A stretch of 64,000 bases of DNA, from assembly GCF_001194135.2 (NCBI RefSeq), contig NC_068984.1:49222011-49286010 (forward strand), written 5' to 3'. Within the stretch, counting starts at the first letter, position 1. Every line of letters begins with the position of its first letter. The notes beneath the pieces were generated by a model, which saw nothing but the letters and a program-made list of their open reading frames with translations, was not told where the DNA came from and did not search any database. The position numbers were made by a program, and so were the translations under genes. This document shows, piece after piece, positions 13,333-26,487 of the stretch. Source of the stretch: Octopus bimaculoides. Its lineage: Eukaryota.

Positions 13333-14071
13333 TTTTGTGCATACAAAAAGAAAATCGTGTTCTTGTGGATGAAAACTTGTAGCGTTACAAATACAACAGA
13401 CTTAAGTTGCAGGAAACACCTTTTTATGAAAGACAATTTCAGGCTTTCACTGATCAGTTAAAATAACTCTTCTTCAAGACGCTGCACACATATCTAATAC
13501 TTTCAGAGCAATATGGATAGATATCAAAGTAACAACTGCTTTTTTAAGCAGGGTCCATGCCTGGAAAGTTACAGGGGTCCATGCCGTCACACAGCGTCGT
13601 GGGATAGTGGACAGAGGGAATGGTGAAATTGCACGGGGTCTGGTTTAGTCTCCAAATAGAGAGTTGGAAAGCTGTGAAACTGTTCTCCATGCATTCGTCT
13701 ACTGCAAAAGCAAGGCTGACTTGTGGAATTATGACAACTAATATCGTGTGTAAGACTGATCCCTCATTCATCTGAGTCCTCTGTGAAGGTTGTACAGCTA
13801 CATCCATTTCACCGGGAAGGACAAGCAGTCTTTATTTTTCTGAGGGTTTTGTGCAATCAAAAAAAAATTGCATTCTAATTGATGAAAATTTGTAGTTTCA
13901 CAAATACAACAGACTTAATTAAGTTGCAGGAAACACCAGTTTTTTGAAGAAAATTTCAGGTTTTCACTGATCAGCTAAAATAACTTCTCTTCAAGACGAT
14001 GCACACCGAATATAGTATTACTCTTCTTCAAATATCTATTACTTAAAAGCAATATAAATAGATATCAAAGT
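13333..14071. repeat. diverged direct repeat pair (13333-13530 and 13847-14071)
   Basis: Shared blocks TTTTGTGCA, GATGAAAA.TTGTAG, CAAATACAACAGACTTAA, GTTGCAGGAAACACC, TTTCACTGATCAG, CTTCAAGACG.TGCACAC, GATATCAAAGT. Confidence 0.9.
13548..13840 (+). mobile_element. L1/Tx1-clade LINE C-terminal zinc-knuckle fragment
   Basis: ETVLHAFVYC..KADLWNY, then after a frameshift SSESSVKVV..PFHREGQAVF, typical of the Tx1 zf-RVT region. Confidence 0.65.
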
Positions 14072-14379
14072 GGTAATATCTGTTAACTCAAAAACATTTC
14101 CAGCAGTACACGAAATTTATGGGGCTGATATTAAAATAATCATAGATCAGGAGGAAACCGAGGGCCTGTTCTAAATGTTTTCAAGGAATAAACTTATTTA
14201 AAGACAATGACCATGTGTTGATGTTAAACTAAGTTCCGTGTGAGGTGTACAATCTCAAATCTTAAGAAAATAAGATGTACACTCTAGGTATAAGTCACTT
14301 GATTTACCTTCAGTGCTTGAAAAAGTACAAAACAATAATGATGGTTTGGAATTGCTTCAGTTAGAAGCAAGTGATAATT

Positions 14380-14975
14380 CATAATTATTTCGAAAGTAAA
14401 AACAGTAAATTTTTGGCACGTCAGAAGCGTAAACTAGATTGGATTATCGCCGGAAGTTGTCTAATCGACGACAACCAAAAACATAGATTTGCGAGTGTTA
14501 GAATAGCATTACATCTGAAGCATTCAGAAGAAACACACTACGAAAATACCAGTATTTGCAAATTTTTGCCAATAAGCAATAAGCAATAGTAACTGTTATC
14601 AGTTATTGTTGATTTTGAATTTGAATATGTTTCAAAGATTCAAGCAGCGCTTGCGCATGGTAAAGACCATTTGATGACCTCCTTTTAAGCATTCTCGTTG
14701 TTCATTACTAAGCGCAACCGGTGCTTTCTGTTGTGTGCCACCATCATTACGATTAAAACAGATAGGTAGTGTTGTCACCATAGCAACTAACAAGTTTCGA
14801 TTAAGTGCAAATCTTTCAACACAACACAACAAAGACTTCAAAAAAGTATATGTGTGTGTGTATATATATAAATTATCAAGGTGGCTATACGCAATTTAAA
14901 AGCCAAAGGCAGAAGTACAATTGTCACTAAAGTGCATAAGGATGCAAATTAGCATCACTGTTGCTAGCAATGCTG
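14380..14975. promoter_or_regulatory. putative TATA-less promoter/enhancer island with RFX X-box
   Basis: X-box GTCACCATAGCAAC 14774-14787; ETS CCGGAAGT 14450-14457; TGCGCATG 14652-14659; octamer ATGCAAAT 14942-14949; GTTGCTAGCAAT 14960-14971; locally CpG-rich, apparently unique sequence. Confidence 0.45.
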
Positions 14976-15051
14976 GTGTTGATTTCCACTCTTAGTCGCT
15001 TTAGTGACGATTGTATGTGTGTGCGTGTATGTATATACAACTTTTGGGTTC

Positions 15052-15111
<60 letters not shown>

Positions 15112-17308
15112 AGTGTATGTTTGTGTCTTTCAACATATAGACAACATATCACAGAATCTAAAGAAAAAACATCCACTTTCTATAATTTATGAAGGTACAT
15201 CTATAGTTAAGAAATATTTTTACCGGCTGCTTATTGAAACGACCTAATTTCAAATAATACATGTTGTTATCGACTTCCAGTAATACATGCGCAATGATTT
15301 ATAGTGACCAGCCGGAGTTCATTGCACCATACCCACACTTATGTGCCTCAAATGGATATTTATTAATGAAATTTTCTACATATATACTTCAAATGGTGTA
15401 GATTCCGATTATATAAAAATTTGTTTTAAATTGAATCTTTTTAAAAGAAAATGTAATATGTCAATGCGTATGTGTGTTATCCAACCAATTTTTATTTTCA
15501 CATTAAATTCTGATATGATCGTAATTTAAACACTCTGAAAGGTATTTGGCGAAATTCTCATTCAAAATTACCAATTATTCGGAAAGTCAAGAAAAACAAA
15601 GCTAACTCGCGTGTTTTTTTCTGAAACATCTCTCACCTCCCACCCCGAAAGCTTTAGTTTTCCACAGCAAATTCAGATATAATCGGAACCTACGCCATCT
15701 GAAACATATATGTAGAAAATTTCATTAAAACATATCCATTTTTCTGGAAGTTATTAAAAAACAAATTTGGTAGACACATTTGTGTCTGTATGCGCATTGT
15801 TTTTACATAACACTAAGATTACATTGCTATTATATATCTACATATCAGCTTGCTTCGCTTCACTTTCGTTTTGTATGTAACATTATTTAATTACATAGCT
15901 ACAAGTTATAAAAAAGAAAGTATATACTTCTTTTGTCCGGCTTTCATTAGAAGGGTGAGTACACTGTGAATGGGATGGGCTCAGTTTTTCACTCCGCATA
16001 AACGTAAACAGTATTTACGATGATGTTATGTTTAGTAACGAATACTAACAGTATAAATAATGCATCGTAGTGTGTATACACATATGCATATATTAAAAAA
16101 ATTGAAATACAGGTAAAACTCATTTTTGCCAACTCTGTGAACTGGAGCAACGTGTCTCGCTCAACGACACAAAAACAATGGCTTTTTAGGATAAAAATCA
16201 AATAAACGTCTTAATTCGTAATCAATAGTTTAGTCGATGACGTCAGAAATTAAATAATGCATGTTTATGAAGAATGCTGTAGGTGAAAGTACATTAACTA
16301 TTTTTACTGCAAATAATTCTACAGATATTAATTTGAAATCCTCAGCTGTAGAAACGATGATGGTATGAAAATTTTCGATTATCGATCTAGTACTCAACGC
16401 TCTGAATCAAATCCTACCGTGGTTCATGTTTATGCTTCATCATTTCTGGGTCGTTTAATACAGAGACAATCCCTTCACTGTTCCTTTTTTTGTTTTTTGT
16501 TCGTCACAAAACTTGGGACTTGGAATAAAATGCGATCGCTCCTCCAGATCGAAAAATGCCTAAAGATACACCGTATGACATGACAACGCTCCAATGACTG
16601 AAGGGATGAGGAAAGGTGAATCTTTGCATGAATCTTTGTATGTATATATGATCTGCGCGCGCGCACAAACACACACACACACACACACACACCATGAGCT
16701 GTTATCGTCTGAAATCTATTCGACGTTGTAACGTTATATATATAAGCACGTGCATTTTTATTCATATGCATATCTTTATATCTCTCTCGCTACCAGTATC
16801 TAGATTATTGTGTATGTATTTCTGTATGCTTGGGTGTATGAAGTATCATTTTTATGCACGCACATACGCATACGTGTATATATGTATGTATTATGTATGC
16901 ATGCATGTGTGTATATACGCATGTATGTGTATATGTGTGTCTATGTGTGGGTGTCTGCATAGATGTGAAAACCTTGAATACATTGATACTTAATCTTTCC
17001 TGCTTTCTGTGTTATTTATATAAGTCCCATTCTTTTCTTCTGTGTAATTTTGCATTCTTTTCACTCTAACTTATGCTTTTGGTAAGAAACATGTTTCAAT
17101 CGATTCACTTCTAATCCAGCTCATTTGAGGCACTGTATGTATCTTTAAAAATACATAGATGTATTAAGCAGTATGTGACATTAACATATGCTTGTATATA
17201 TGTGAGTTTATATCTATGTATATATGGTTATATGTATATCATGTATATCATATATTAACATATATACACACATATATACATATATATATATGTATCTATA
17301 CATATATC

Positions 17309-17349
<41 letters not shown>

Positions 17350-17604
17350 ATTGGCAACGAGTCGTTATCTTTCGATATTTCCGCTACGATGAGTATTCCG
17401 GCCAGTACCTCACGATATTCAGTTTGGCCACCACACCCGAATTGGCCACTACTTACCTCCAACGGGAATTAGAGCTCATTTTCTCCCTCAATTATATACG
17501 TTTTATAATCTGAATTCCTCTCCATTCTTCCAACCTTTTCTTCCCCTTCCTGTCTTTCACTGTAACCTCATCCCATTCTCTCTCTCCCCTCTCCCCTTTA
17601 TGCG

Positions 17605-17640
<36 letters not shown>

Positions 17641-18030
17641 CTATCTTTCTCTCTCTGTCTCCCCTCTTCTCTCATACCGCTCCCTTGTAACCCACTCTCG
17701 CTCAAACCCTCCCGACTAAAATACCTCTCACCCTATACCACTCTCACATTCACCCATATATCCTCAACACATCAACATTGTTCCGTATACATACCCCCAT
17801 ACTACTATTCCCTTCCTCACAACTTCACACCTCCCACTAACGCATGCAGACACGCAACATACACACTCTCTTCATCTATTCTACCGTCTTGTGCTTTTGA
17901 CACAACAACAAGAACCAGCATATTCATACAGGCATAACCACACATACAAGTAAACCTTCATATATCCACTTTCCACATAATTTATGCACACACACTCACA
18001 TTTCGTGATTCACATACTCTCTCGTCTCTC
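17350..18030 (+). mobile_element. Penelope-like (Neptune-type) 3' end: GIY-YIG C-terminus and CT/CA-rich tail
   Basis: YFRYDEYSGQYLTIFSL..LQRELELIFSLN..NLNSSPFF resembles the PLE C-terminal HFR..H...R..RE.ELIFSL...GLN; pyrimidine-rich tail follows. Confidence 0.7.
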
Positions 18031-18049
18031 CAAATGATTTTATAAGTTC

Positions 18050-18430
18050 CAGTTTGATGTTTTCATGAAAATACAGTATCTCCATTTTATGTTCAATGAC
18101 CTCAGGACTCCTTTTTTTGCAGCCTATGTTTCGTCAACAATGGAGCCTAGTCGCTTGAACTTGTCGCCCTGAGTTACAGCGCCCTTGAGTGTCGTGTGGT
18201 AAGCAATTGTAGTTCCTTGGTAGCTGCCATAATATTGGTCCTTTTTGTGCGAATCTCTAGTTAAACTTGGTTAGAGCTTCAACTAACCCTGTCATTCAAA
18301 CTTTGGATCCTAGCCGACGAAGTAGCGATTACAGCACGTTGTCAAACAAAATCCTCCACAAATTCTAGATCACCTCTTCCGGGAAGCTTCGTATGTGATA
18401 CAAAACTCATCCGTAATTATCTATTTTCAT
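18050..18430 (-). mobile_element. highly decayed Tc1/mariner-like remnant
   Basis: Minus strand KKRSPEVIEHKMEILYFHENIK resembles KRP....V.L.HDNA; weak. Confidence 0.3.
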
Positions 18431-18483
18431 AGAGTTGCGAATAATATATGTGCGTGCGTGTGTGTTTCTTTGTGTGTGTGTAT

Positions 18484-18875
18484 CAGACACGTGCCGTCAG
18501 TAATTACTCAGGGTAGGCGGTTGGTGACGTTTATGCAGTAAAGCACACAAAAAATAAGCGAAATACAGGCGCGCGTCCGTGTTGTAGGCAGCTTCACTTC
18601 TGCCTTTATAGCGCGTTAAGAAAATGTCGTTGTAGGAATGTACCACAGCAGTTCTATGCGTAACTTTAATATTGAGATTGAAAAGCAGCGGCAAATTATG
18701 TCTACCTAACCTACAAAAAAAAACATCTTTGTATTTTGTGCATAGTAATCAGAGTAACTTTCATAATTTTATTGAATTAGGTGCATATTTTGCCATTAAA
18801 GGAAAATATTACTATTAATCTATTTTATTCAAGGTAGGCACTGCCTACCTTGCCTATCCAGGCGGCACGTCCCTG
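18484..18875. mobile_element. hAT-like MITE
   Basis: Imperfect TIRs CAGACACGTGCCGTC / CAGGGACGTGCCGCC (reverse complement); subterminal GGTAGGC motifs; perfect palindrome AAGGTAGGCA-C-TGCCTACCTT at 18831-18851. No TSD seen. Confidence 0.7.
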
Positions 18876-18896
18876 ATGAATATATATATATATATA

Positions 18897-18946
<50 letters not shown>

Positions 18947-19056
18947 TTTGTGTGTGTGTGAGTGTGTATAAATATATTTATATGTACGCATCCTTTTCCA
19001 AGTAAGTTTTATATTATTATATATTTGTAAACGTACATAAGTATGTATACATATAT

Positions 19057-19247
19057 NNNNNNNNNNNNNNNNNNNNNNNNNNNNNNNNNNNNNNNNNNNN
19101 NNNNNNNNNNNNNNNNNNNNNNNNNNNNNNNNNNNNNNNNNNNNNNNNNNNNNNNNNNNNNNNNNNNNNNNNNNNNNNNNNNNNNNNNNNNNNNNNNNNN
19201 NNNNNNNNNNNNNNNNNNNNNNNNNNNNNNNNNNNNNNNNNNNNNNN
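19057..19247. other. assembly gap
   Basis: Run of N. Other gaps: 23595-23721, 40181-40190, 46086-46230, 56038-56836. Confidence 1.
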
Positions 19248-19258
19248 ATATATATACT

Positions 19259-19578
19259 GGAACTCCGTCGGTTACGACGACAAGGGGTCGAGGGTTCCAG
19301 TTAATCTGATCAGCAGAATACTTTGCTCGTGAATTAGCATGTAAGTGGCTGAGCACTCCATAGACATGCAGACCCTTAAAGGAGTTCTCAGGAAGATTCA
19401 GCGGTAACAAAGAATGTGACAAGACTGACTCTTTGAATTACAGTTCCAACTCATTTTTGCCAGCTGAATGGACTGGAGCAACGTAAAATAAAGTGTCTTG
19501 CTCAATTACAAGATGCGTCACTAGGTATCCAACTCACAACCTTACGATCGTGAGCTTAATACCTCAACCACTTAGCCA
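19259..19578 (-). mobile_element. tRNA-derived SINE (OR-like), full length
   Basis: Minus strand TGGCTAAGTGGTTGAGG..CTCACGATCGTAAGGTTGTGAGTTGGATACC head, TTGAGCAAGACACTT box, shared 3' tail. Confidence 0.88.
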
Positions 19579-19579
19579 A

Positions 19580-19880
19580 ATACCTTCAGAAAGCAAAAGG
19601 CAAAGATGCAATTTACTTTGTATTTCTATAGCCCCTCGTTCAAGACATTTGGAAAAGTGAAGGATGGAAAATTTGCTGCTCAAATGTGTGGAGGAGGAAG
19701 GAGGAAGGTGACATGTTACTATAGTAATTTGTCTGCTTCATGTAGTTCCTTCCTCTTGCCAATGGCTGGTCTCAGTTCGTTGATAAGAAGGGCCTCCATG
19801 GCTCTGAGATTGCTCCTGTTGTATTGATTCGGCCTGACGGTTATCTTAAAATCGTTGGTCTGGCACTTTTTTAGGTATTT
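19580..19880 (-). mobile_element. Penelope-like 3' end (GIY-YIG C-terminus)
   Basis: YLKKCQTNDFKITV..SNLRAMEALLINELRPAIGKRKE matches the PLE ending R...EAL.I....P.LN.R.E. Confidence 0.7.
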
Positions 19881-20444
19881 TATATACATACATACGCACA
19901 CACACACACATACACACACACATACACACACACATACACACACACATACATATATATACGTATATACGTGTGTGTGTTACAGAAAATATAACAAAGTTAA
20001 ATCTTTTGAGAAGCCAACAAAAATATATATAAAGAAAATATAAGGATTCGATATATTTGGTTCGATTATTGTGAATTATATTATGATCACCATTGTAAGT
20101 GTTCTTCTTAGCTACTTAATAGAAAATGGTATATTCCTATCCTAAATTTTTATTGCATAATTGAACAGAAGAAAAAATGATAACTTGGTACTTTGCCCAA
20201 CTGTGGCATTTTTTTTTTTTTTTATGAAATAATTCAAAAGACGATAAAAACCGTTTTATTCGCACTTAACTCTAGCTTTGAGCAGGAATAAGACAGATAT
20301 ATATTAAAATAAAATTGCAGGTTTCATAAAATGTTTCCAATAAGAAAAATATTATTTTCTTAACTAGGCACAAAGTTTTAAGTATTTTCAGTTTATAGAA
20401 ACCTACATTGTGAAGTTAATGCATTTCTGCCAAAAGTTAAGTGA

Positions 20445-20455
20445 ATAATAATGAC

Positions 20456-20544
<89 letters not shown>

Positions 20545-20555
20545 TGATGATGATG

Positions 20556-20632
<77 letters not shown>

Positions 20633-20645
20633 GGAGGAGGAGGAG
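20445..20645. repeat. (AAT)n(GAT)n(AAT)n(GGA)n microsatellite
   Basis: Direct read. Confidence 0.98.
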
Positions 20646-20699
20646 GAAAGCGAGATCAGGGTAAAAAATAGTGCACCCCGACTTACAGATAAATAGCCC

Positions 20700-21120
20700 T
20701 CAAACACTCTACTCTCTTGTCAAAAACAAAGCACATTAGACACTAAAGTCCCTGATATACAAAGAAAATGTGATAGTTATGACTGGAATGCCCTCTGTGA
20801 TAGTTTGCTCGCATATGTCTGATCAGGAGCTGAACGACAAAAATGTGCTGCATGACAAAGTAGGTAATAGAATTAAAAACTACATTGTTGCTCTAGGATT
20901 TAGCACTATCGCAAATAAACCATGCTACAAGCCATTTTCATTAGCGAGTCGAGACTGAATATAAATATTTGTGAATGAAAAATAATTAAATAGAAAAACG
21001 TAATAAAGAATGCCACCGGAAAAAAACACATAAGTTTATATGAAAACAAGGATTTGTTAGAAAGATAGACTTCACAGTATGAAGGTGGGGACCGCATATT
21101 ATTCCAGTGGATGCAATGTT
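20700..21120 (+). mobile_element. possible decayed R4/Dong-like RLE fragment
   Basis: CSHM..LHDKVG and HIIPVDAM remnants next to a (TAA)n tract. Confidence 0.35.
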
Positions 21121-23064
21121 GAGCAATATTCCTTTCACAAATGCTTTACCAATTAATTATAAGTAGAATATTTGGGTCGATTTCATTGTTTATATTTTTC
21201 CCAAAATAAGTCGTTTTGTGCTTAGTTTAAATCATTTTAAACAACCTTTAAAATAAAATGGGTATGCAAATAAACAAAACACTAAATGTAATCACACAAA
21301 CTATCAGTACCTAGTTACAAATTTAAAGGAGCAGAAGGAAAAGAAGTCAATATACTAAATATCATAATACTAAACAGAAAAAATACTATAAAGCATAGGG
21401 TGTATAGTTTTCTAAACCTGAAAGTAGACGATTTTGTTATAAATTAGAAGTGAGAAATAGCTAATAAGCATAACTTCATCTTTACAAAATTATGGCAGGA
21501 GACTCATACTATGGTTTTGAAGTCAACATCTTTGCCTCAAACACGTCTCCTCCATCGCGTTAAGGAAAGTGTGTTCTACAACAATATCGAATCGAACAAG
21601 GCCATTCAAATGAAATTACAAAATTTATATTATTATAATAAATATGTATTCAAGCTTCAGTTGCATATATTTTAATGTTCGAATGATTAACACTGTTCCT
21701 AAACGAAAAAAGTGGGCAGAGAGTAAGATTCTCCACATTTGTGGTTCGTCAGCATAGCCATTGTAAAACAGCAGAAAGACAAACAGGAAGAATAAGACAA
21801 AGAAGTAAGAGAATGTCTGAAAGTAAATTGTAATTGTTAGAAAAATCCATATTCCATATACTCATGCTTTTGTCATTCTAATCCTAGATTCAACTTGGGT
21901 CCATTTAGTCTTTTACCGTTCTAGGATCAATAAAATAAATACTGATCAATTAAAACTGTTCCTTTGCTACCCGACGTTAAAATTCAATTTTACTATTGAT
22001 TAGAATTGTTGCACCTTTGTTGATCAAGTAGTGGTTAGATTATAGTGGTAGACTAGAGGTGACATGGTGCTGATCCAATTATTGTGACCATAATAATATT
22101 AATTTTCCAACTAAAAATAACTTTGTGTTGATAGCGTCGTTGGTAGTATGTTTTTGTTGCTATTATTGTTATTACATACTCAATCACAAATGCTTTAACT
22201 TAGAGTCAAAGAAATATTAGAACATTATATTATAAATTTCCTTAATGGAAGTATTGGTAGAATCTTTCAACAACGACAAAATAGTGAAAGATTTAATTGT
22301 CTCCCTTTACCCTTTCCAGTTGACATCCTACAGACATGTATGGTGTAAAAAATCGTTATACTAATATCTACTGTTTTTATCATATTTTCTGATATGCCAG
22401 AAAGCAAACAACACTCATTAATTGATTTTCAATTTATACTTAATTTTGTTTTTATGTGAATCAAAATGTATAAAGTAGATTTAATGAAGTTTTCTTGAAA
22501 AATGTCTTGCATTCATTTAAATTCAAGCATGACTTACATTAATATAAACTAAAATTTTAAAATATATATACTATTCTGTCTTTTAATCCAATTTAGTTTG
22601 AGAAGATGGAAACAGCACAGGTAAATGCTTGTTCCATAAGCTTGCACAAAAAGACATGAACATTTTCTCGCATAAATGACTTGCATATGAGTCATCAAGC
22701 AACTGAAGTTATTCATTTTCTGAAGAGCAGTAAGTTGCAAAATTCTTCTTCTTATTATTATTATTATATGACAAAGCCTTATAATTTGATGTTAGAAATC
22801 ATCATCATCGTATTCTTTATTATTGTTATTGTTGCTGTTGTTGTCAGCATCTTCATTATCATTCGCATCATCACCATCTTAAAAAATTATGGTTCCAGAA
22901 ATACATCAAGGGTTTCCTTTCTTAAAACAAGAACTAGCTACATCTTATAGAAAATGTACAGAAATATTTATGATTAACTAGAATACTTAGGATTCTCCTA
23001 AACTGTGTTCTTGTGTCTTAATTAAAAACAATTATTATAATTATTGTTTTTGTCAATGTAGCAA

Positions 23065-23470
23065 GCTAGCAGAATGGTTACTACATCAGATAAACACATG
23101 AGCGACATTTCCTCCGGCATTTTACATTCTGAGTTCGAACGCCGTCGAGGTCGACTTTTCCTTTCAGTTTTTCGTGGTCTAACCCTACCCACAAAATTAA
23201 TAGACTGGTGCCAAACTATTAGGCCATCATTATTAGTGGTTCTGTTAGTGAAGATGCTGTAGAGGCCGAGCAGTCAGAATTGTAAGCGCGCCGAACAAAA
23301 TGCTTAGCGGCATTTCTTAATGCTCTTCAGGTTGAGTTCAAATGCTGCCGAGATCAACGTTTCATGTAATCCTATTTGTGTCGATATAAAAAAGTGCTAA
23401 TGAGGTACTGAAGTTGAGGGTATCGACTTCTTCAAAAGAGCCGATTTTGTACTAAAATCAGAAAGAATAA
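23065..23470 (+). mobile_element. two tandem degenerate Meta-type SINEs
   Basis: CTGAGTTCGAACGCCGTCGAGGTCGACTTTTCCTTTCA (~23150) and GAGTTCAAATGCTGCCGAGATCAAC (~23335). Confidence 0.65.
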
Positions 23471-24028
23471 TTATTACTCCTGTGTTTTCGGGAATAGATG
23501 GATAGAAGTGTGACGAAACTTTTTTTCTGATATATATATATATACTTTTAAAATTCTTTAAATTGTTTCAGCTTTAAAGCTGCGGTCATGCTGGNNNNNN
23601 NNNNNNNNNNNNNNNNNNNNNNNNNNNNNNNNNNNNNNNNNNNNNNNNNNNNNNNNNNNNNNNNNNNNNNNNNNNNNNNNNNNNNNNNNNNNNNNNNNNN
23701 NNNNNNNNNNNNNNNNNNNNNCTGTCAACATAAGATGGCTTCCTGGCAGAAAAAGTAACGATTGCGAAAGTGAAAACAGAAATGAACATAAAAGAAAAAC
23801 CAAAGAAGCAAAAAATGAAAATATTCGGATTTAATTGTAAAACAAGACGTATAGGAGAAAAATAATTGCATTGTGGGATATGTTAACTTTAATTCGAATA
23901 ATTCCAACAATAGGATCAACAATAATAACTACGACGAACACACATCATATACACAAACAAACAAAAATATTTTGTGAAGAATAGTGAAAACGTTAAATCT
24001 AATGGTAATTTTTTTTTTTTTTTTTTTT

Positions 24029-24570
24029 GCAGCGCATGCGATCAAAGTGACACTGAGGTATAAACATAAGAAGCCCAATGTACTGATAATGACTGATAAG
24101 GGTGCATCAGACACATGCATCACAACCATGTGTACGCGACATGATGTCCGCATATTAAAAAAAAAACAGCGTTTGGCTTTGAAGGTGAAGACCAATTAGA
24201 ATTTTCTTCAGGTCGAGCACCCCATCCCTCTCAAAAGGTCTCTGAATAAGGTTTGTTTAAGGGTGATGAACGAAACGCCCATGTTTGTAGAGGTGAATTA
24301 TTCTAACCTTAAAGAATTTCTCTCAACACATCGCTATGATGCTCCCTACTACTCCTGCTCATGATCAAAAATGATGCACACATCTTCAGCCACCAAGGAA
24401 CACGCTCAACTGGCTAAAGCCAAGCAGGTGGCAGGCAAATTTGTGGTTTTGAGCTGAATATTTTCTGTAGCATATCTTTTACACTAAGACAAAAAACGTA
24501 CATATTAACAATTCCAATCAGTTAAGATCAGAAGCCATGTCAGCCACTGCTTAGTACTGCATCAGGGTAT
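24029..24570 (-). mobile_element. element D, full length, with poly(A) tail on the minus strand
   Basis: Aligns end to end with 27370-27890; right end CATCAGGG-TAT; poly-T run on + at 24009-24028. Confidence 0.88.
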
Positions 24571-24588
24571 CTACTATCATTGTTGTTC

Positions 24589-24589
<1 letters not shown>

Positions 24590-24653
<64 letters not shown>

Positions 24654-25260
24654 CAGTCTTATTTTTTATCCTGTGTTTTCACTGCGCTACCGAGCGCAGC
24701 TCTGTGTGCCTTGGGTACGTACTGTAGGTTGTTGTGATGCCCTTGATTTCACTGTATTGAAATTGTGTTACGTAGGATGTGTGCAGTGCATAGTAGTGCT
24801 ATATTTTGTATGTTATATATATTTGTAAGTCCTGCTGTTTTTGTTATGTATTTATCTGAATGATTATTTTTATCATGCCTAATGCGCAGACTATGATAGG
24901 AATTGTTTTATGCTCCACATTCGAGTTATCTCTATTTCCAGATCTTTACATTTTGAAAGTTTCTCCGTTTCTTTTAGAGAAACATTGTCATCTGTTGGTA
25001 GTGATACATTGATTAGAAAGCAATTTTTTTTTCTTGGTAATCTCTGACATCTATATCCACCTATTGGCCTTAATTTCTCTATCTGTGTGTATTAGCATAT
25101 CCCAGAATATGCTTGCCTTAGCATTTTCTTTGACCTTTTCTGGCGTGAGCCTATACCATCTTTTTTCTGCTGTTATTCCAGTGTTGGCATAGCTTCCAGT
25201 GTATATAAATCGCAACTTTGTCGTGTCTGTGAATATATTCCTCCTTAACCAGGACTGGGC
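24590..25260 (-). mobile_element. R4/Dong-like subfamily 1, 3' fragment with (TAA)n tail
   Basis: KEEYIHRHDKVAIYIHWKLCQH; IFWDMLIHTDREIKANR; LLIN/DVSLPTDDNV; IQNIALLCTAHILR; subfamily-1 3' UTR. Confidence 0.92.
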
Positions 25261-25276
25261 TATAATAATAATAATA

Positions 25277-25361
<85 letters not shown>

Positions 25362-25363
<2 letters not shown>

Positions 25364-26432
25364 TTTTTCATCTTTCTTCAAATTTTCTTCCACTTCTCGC
25401 CGAGTGATTTCCGTACACCTAGGGCAGAGAAACTCATTGTATGCATTCCCAGTTTACAAACGCAAATTCGCAGGTAAAATATGTACTTTAAAAAAATTAA
25501 CAAATAAATAAATTCATGAATGGATGTTGTTTTCACATCGATAATGCTCTTCTCAGTACATGAGTCGTTCCAGTTAACACGATTTTTTGCACTTCCTATA
25601 GGGATGGTAAGCCTGGTATCATTTTCAAATAGGTTTCAGTAGCTTTTTTTTTTATCATTCCTAGAGATCCTCCAATCACTGGTACGGTAGTCGCCTTGAG
25701 GTGCTGCATTTTTTCAATTTCTATTAGCAAGTCTTTATATTTACTGATCTTGTCAAATTCTTTCGCCGCTATATTATGATTGCAGGGAATACTCATGTAA
25801 ATTAATAAACACATCTTCTTTGTCTGATCTTTTATAATAATATCCGGTTTATTAGCTTTTATAGTTTTGTCGGCATGTACGGGGAAGTCCCAGAGAATCA
25901 ATACATTTTCTCCCACAGTCACAGCTTCAGGATGGTGTTTATACCATTTGTCAGCGGTTTTGATTTTATAATGCTGACATATTGTCCAGTGTAAATACTG
26001 GCCGACTTTGTCATGTCTTGCTTTCTATTCTACAGGTGCTAAGACTCTACACCATTAGATTAGGTGGTCTAAATTTTAATGGCATCGTTACAGAATCGGC
26101 TTTTTGGATCAGCTCCATTTTTTATCACATTGGCTTGGTAGTTCCGGATTAATAAGCTTTGGTCTTGAGCAGCCAATATGAAACCTTTACTCTCTGCGTT
26201 TAGCCCTGAGCTTCGTAACCATTGATGCTGTGTTTTTGGTCGACATCAGCTTGTTTGCTACGAGCCACATACTTGTCATGCAGAAGTTTCTGTTCCCATC
26301 TGCTAGCTAATTTTTCATGAGCTTTGTCTGCAATTAATTTTATTTTCTTTGCAGTAGCAGTTGGCGCATTTCTTTCAACCTGATCAAGCTGGTGGGTATC
26401 TATGAGATCAGTAGCGAATTTTTTGCTCTCTT

Positions 26433-26435
<3 letters not shown>
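25362..26435 (-). mobile_element. R4/Dong-like subfamily 2, 3' fragment
   Basis: LHDKYVARSKQADVDQK; RHDKVGQYLHWTICQHYK; ILWDFPVHADKTIKANKPDIII (RLE PD motif); VPVIGGSLG; distinct 3' UTR ending AAAGATGAAAAAAAA(CAA)n(TAA)n. Confidence 0.92.

Positions 26436-26487
<52 letters not shown>

Noticed and set aside
17457-17479. Attractive minus-strand first coding exon (AAAATG, MSSNSRW, donor GTAAGT)
   Set aside because: The same bases read on + as the Penelope GIY-YIG C-terminus (LQRELELIFSLN), which explains the whole region.
22597-22620. 24-nt micro-exon candidate (TTTAG|...CAG|GTAAAT; FEKMETAQ)
   Set aside because: Isolated; such splice-like pairs arise by chance in AT-rich DNA; no recognisable protein.
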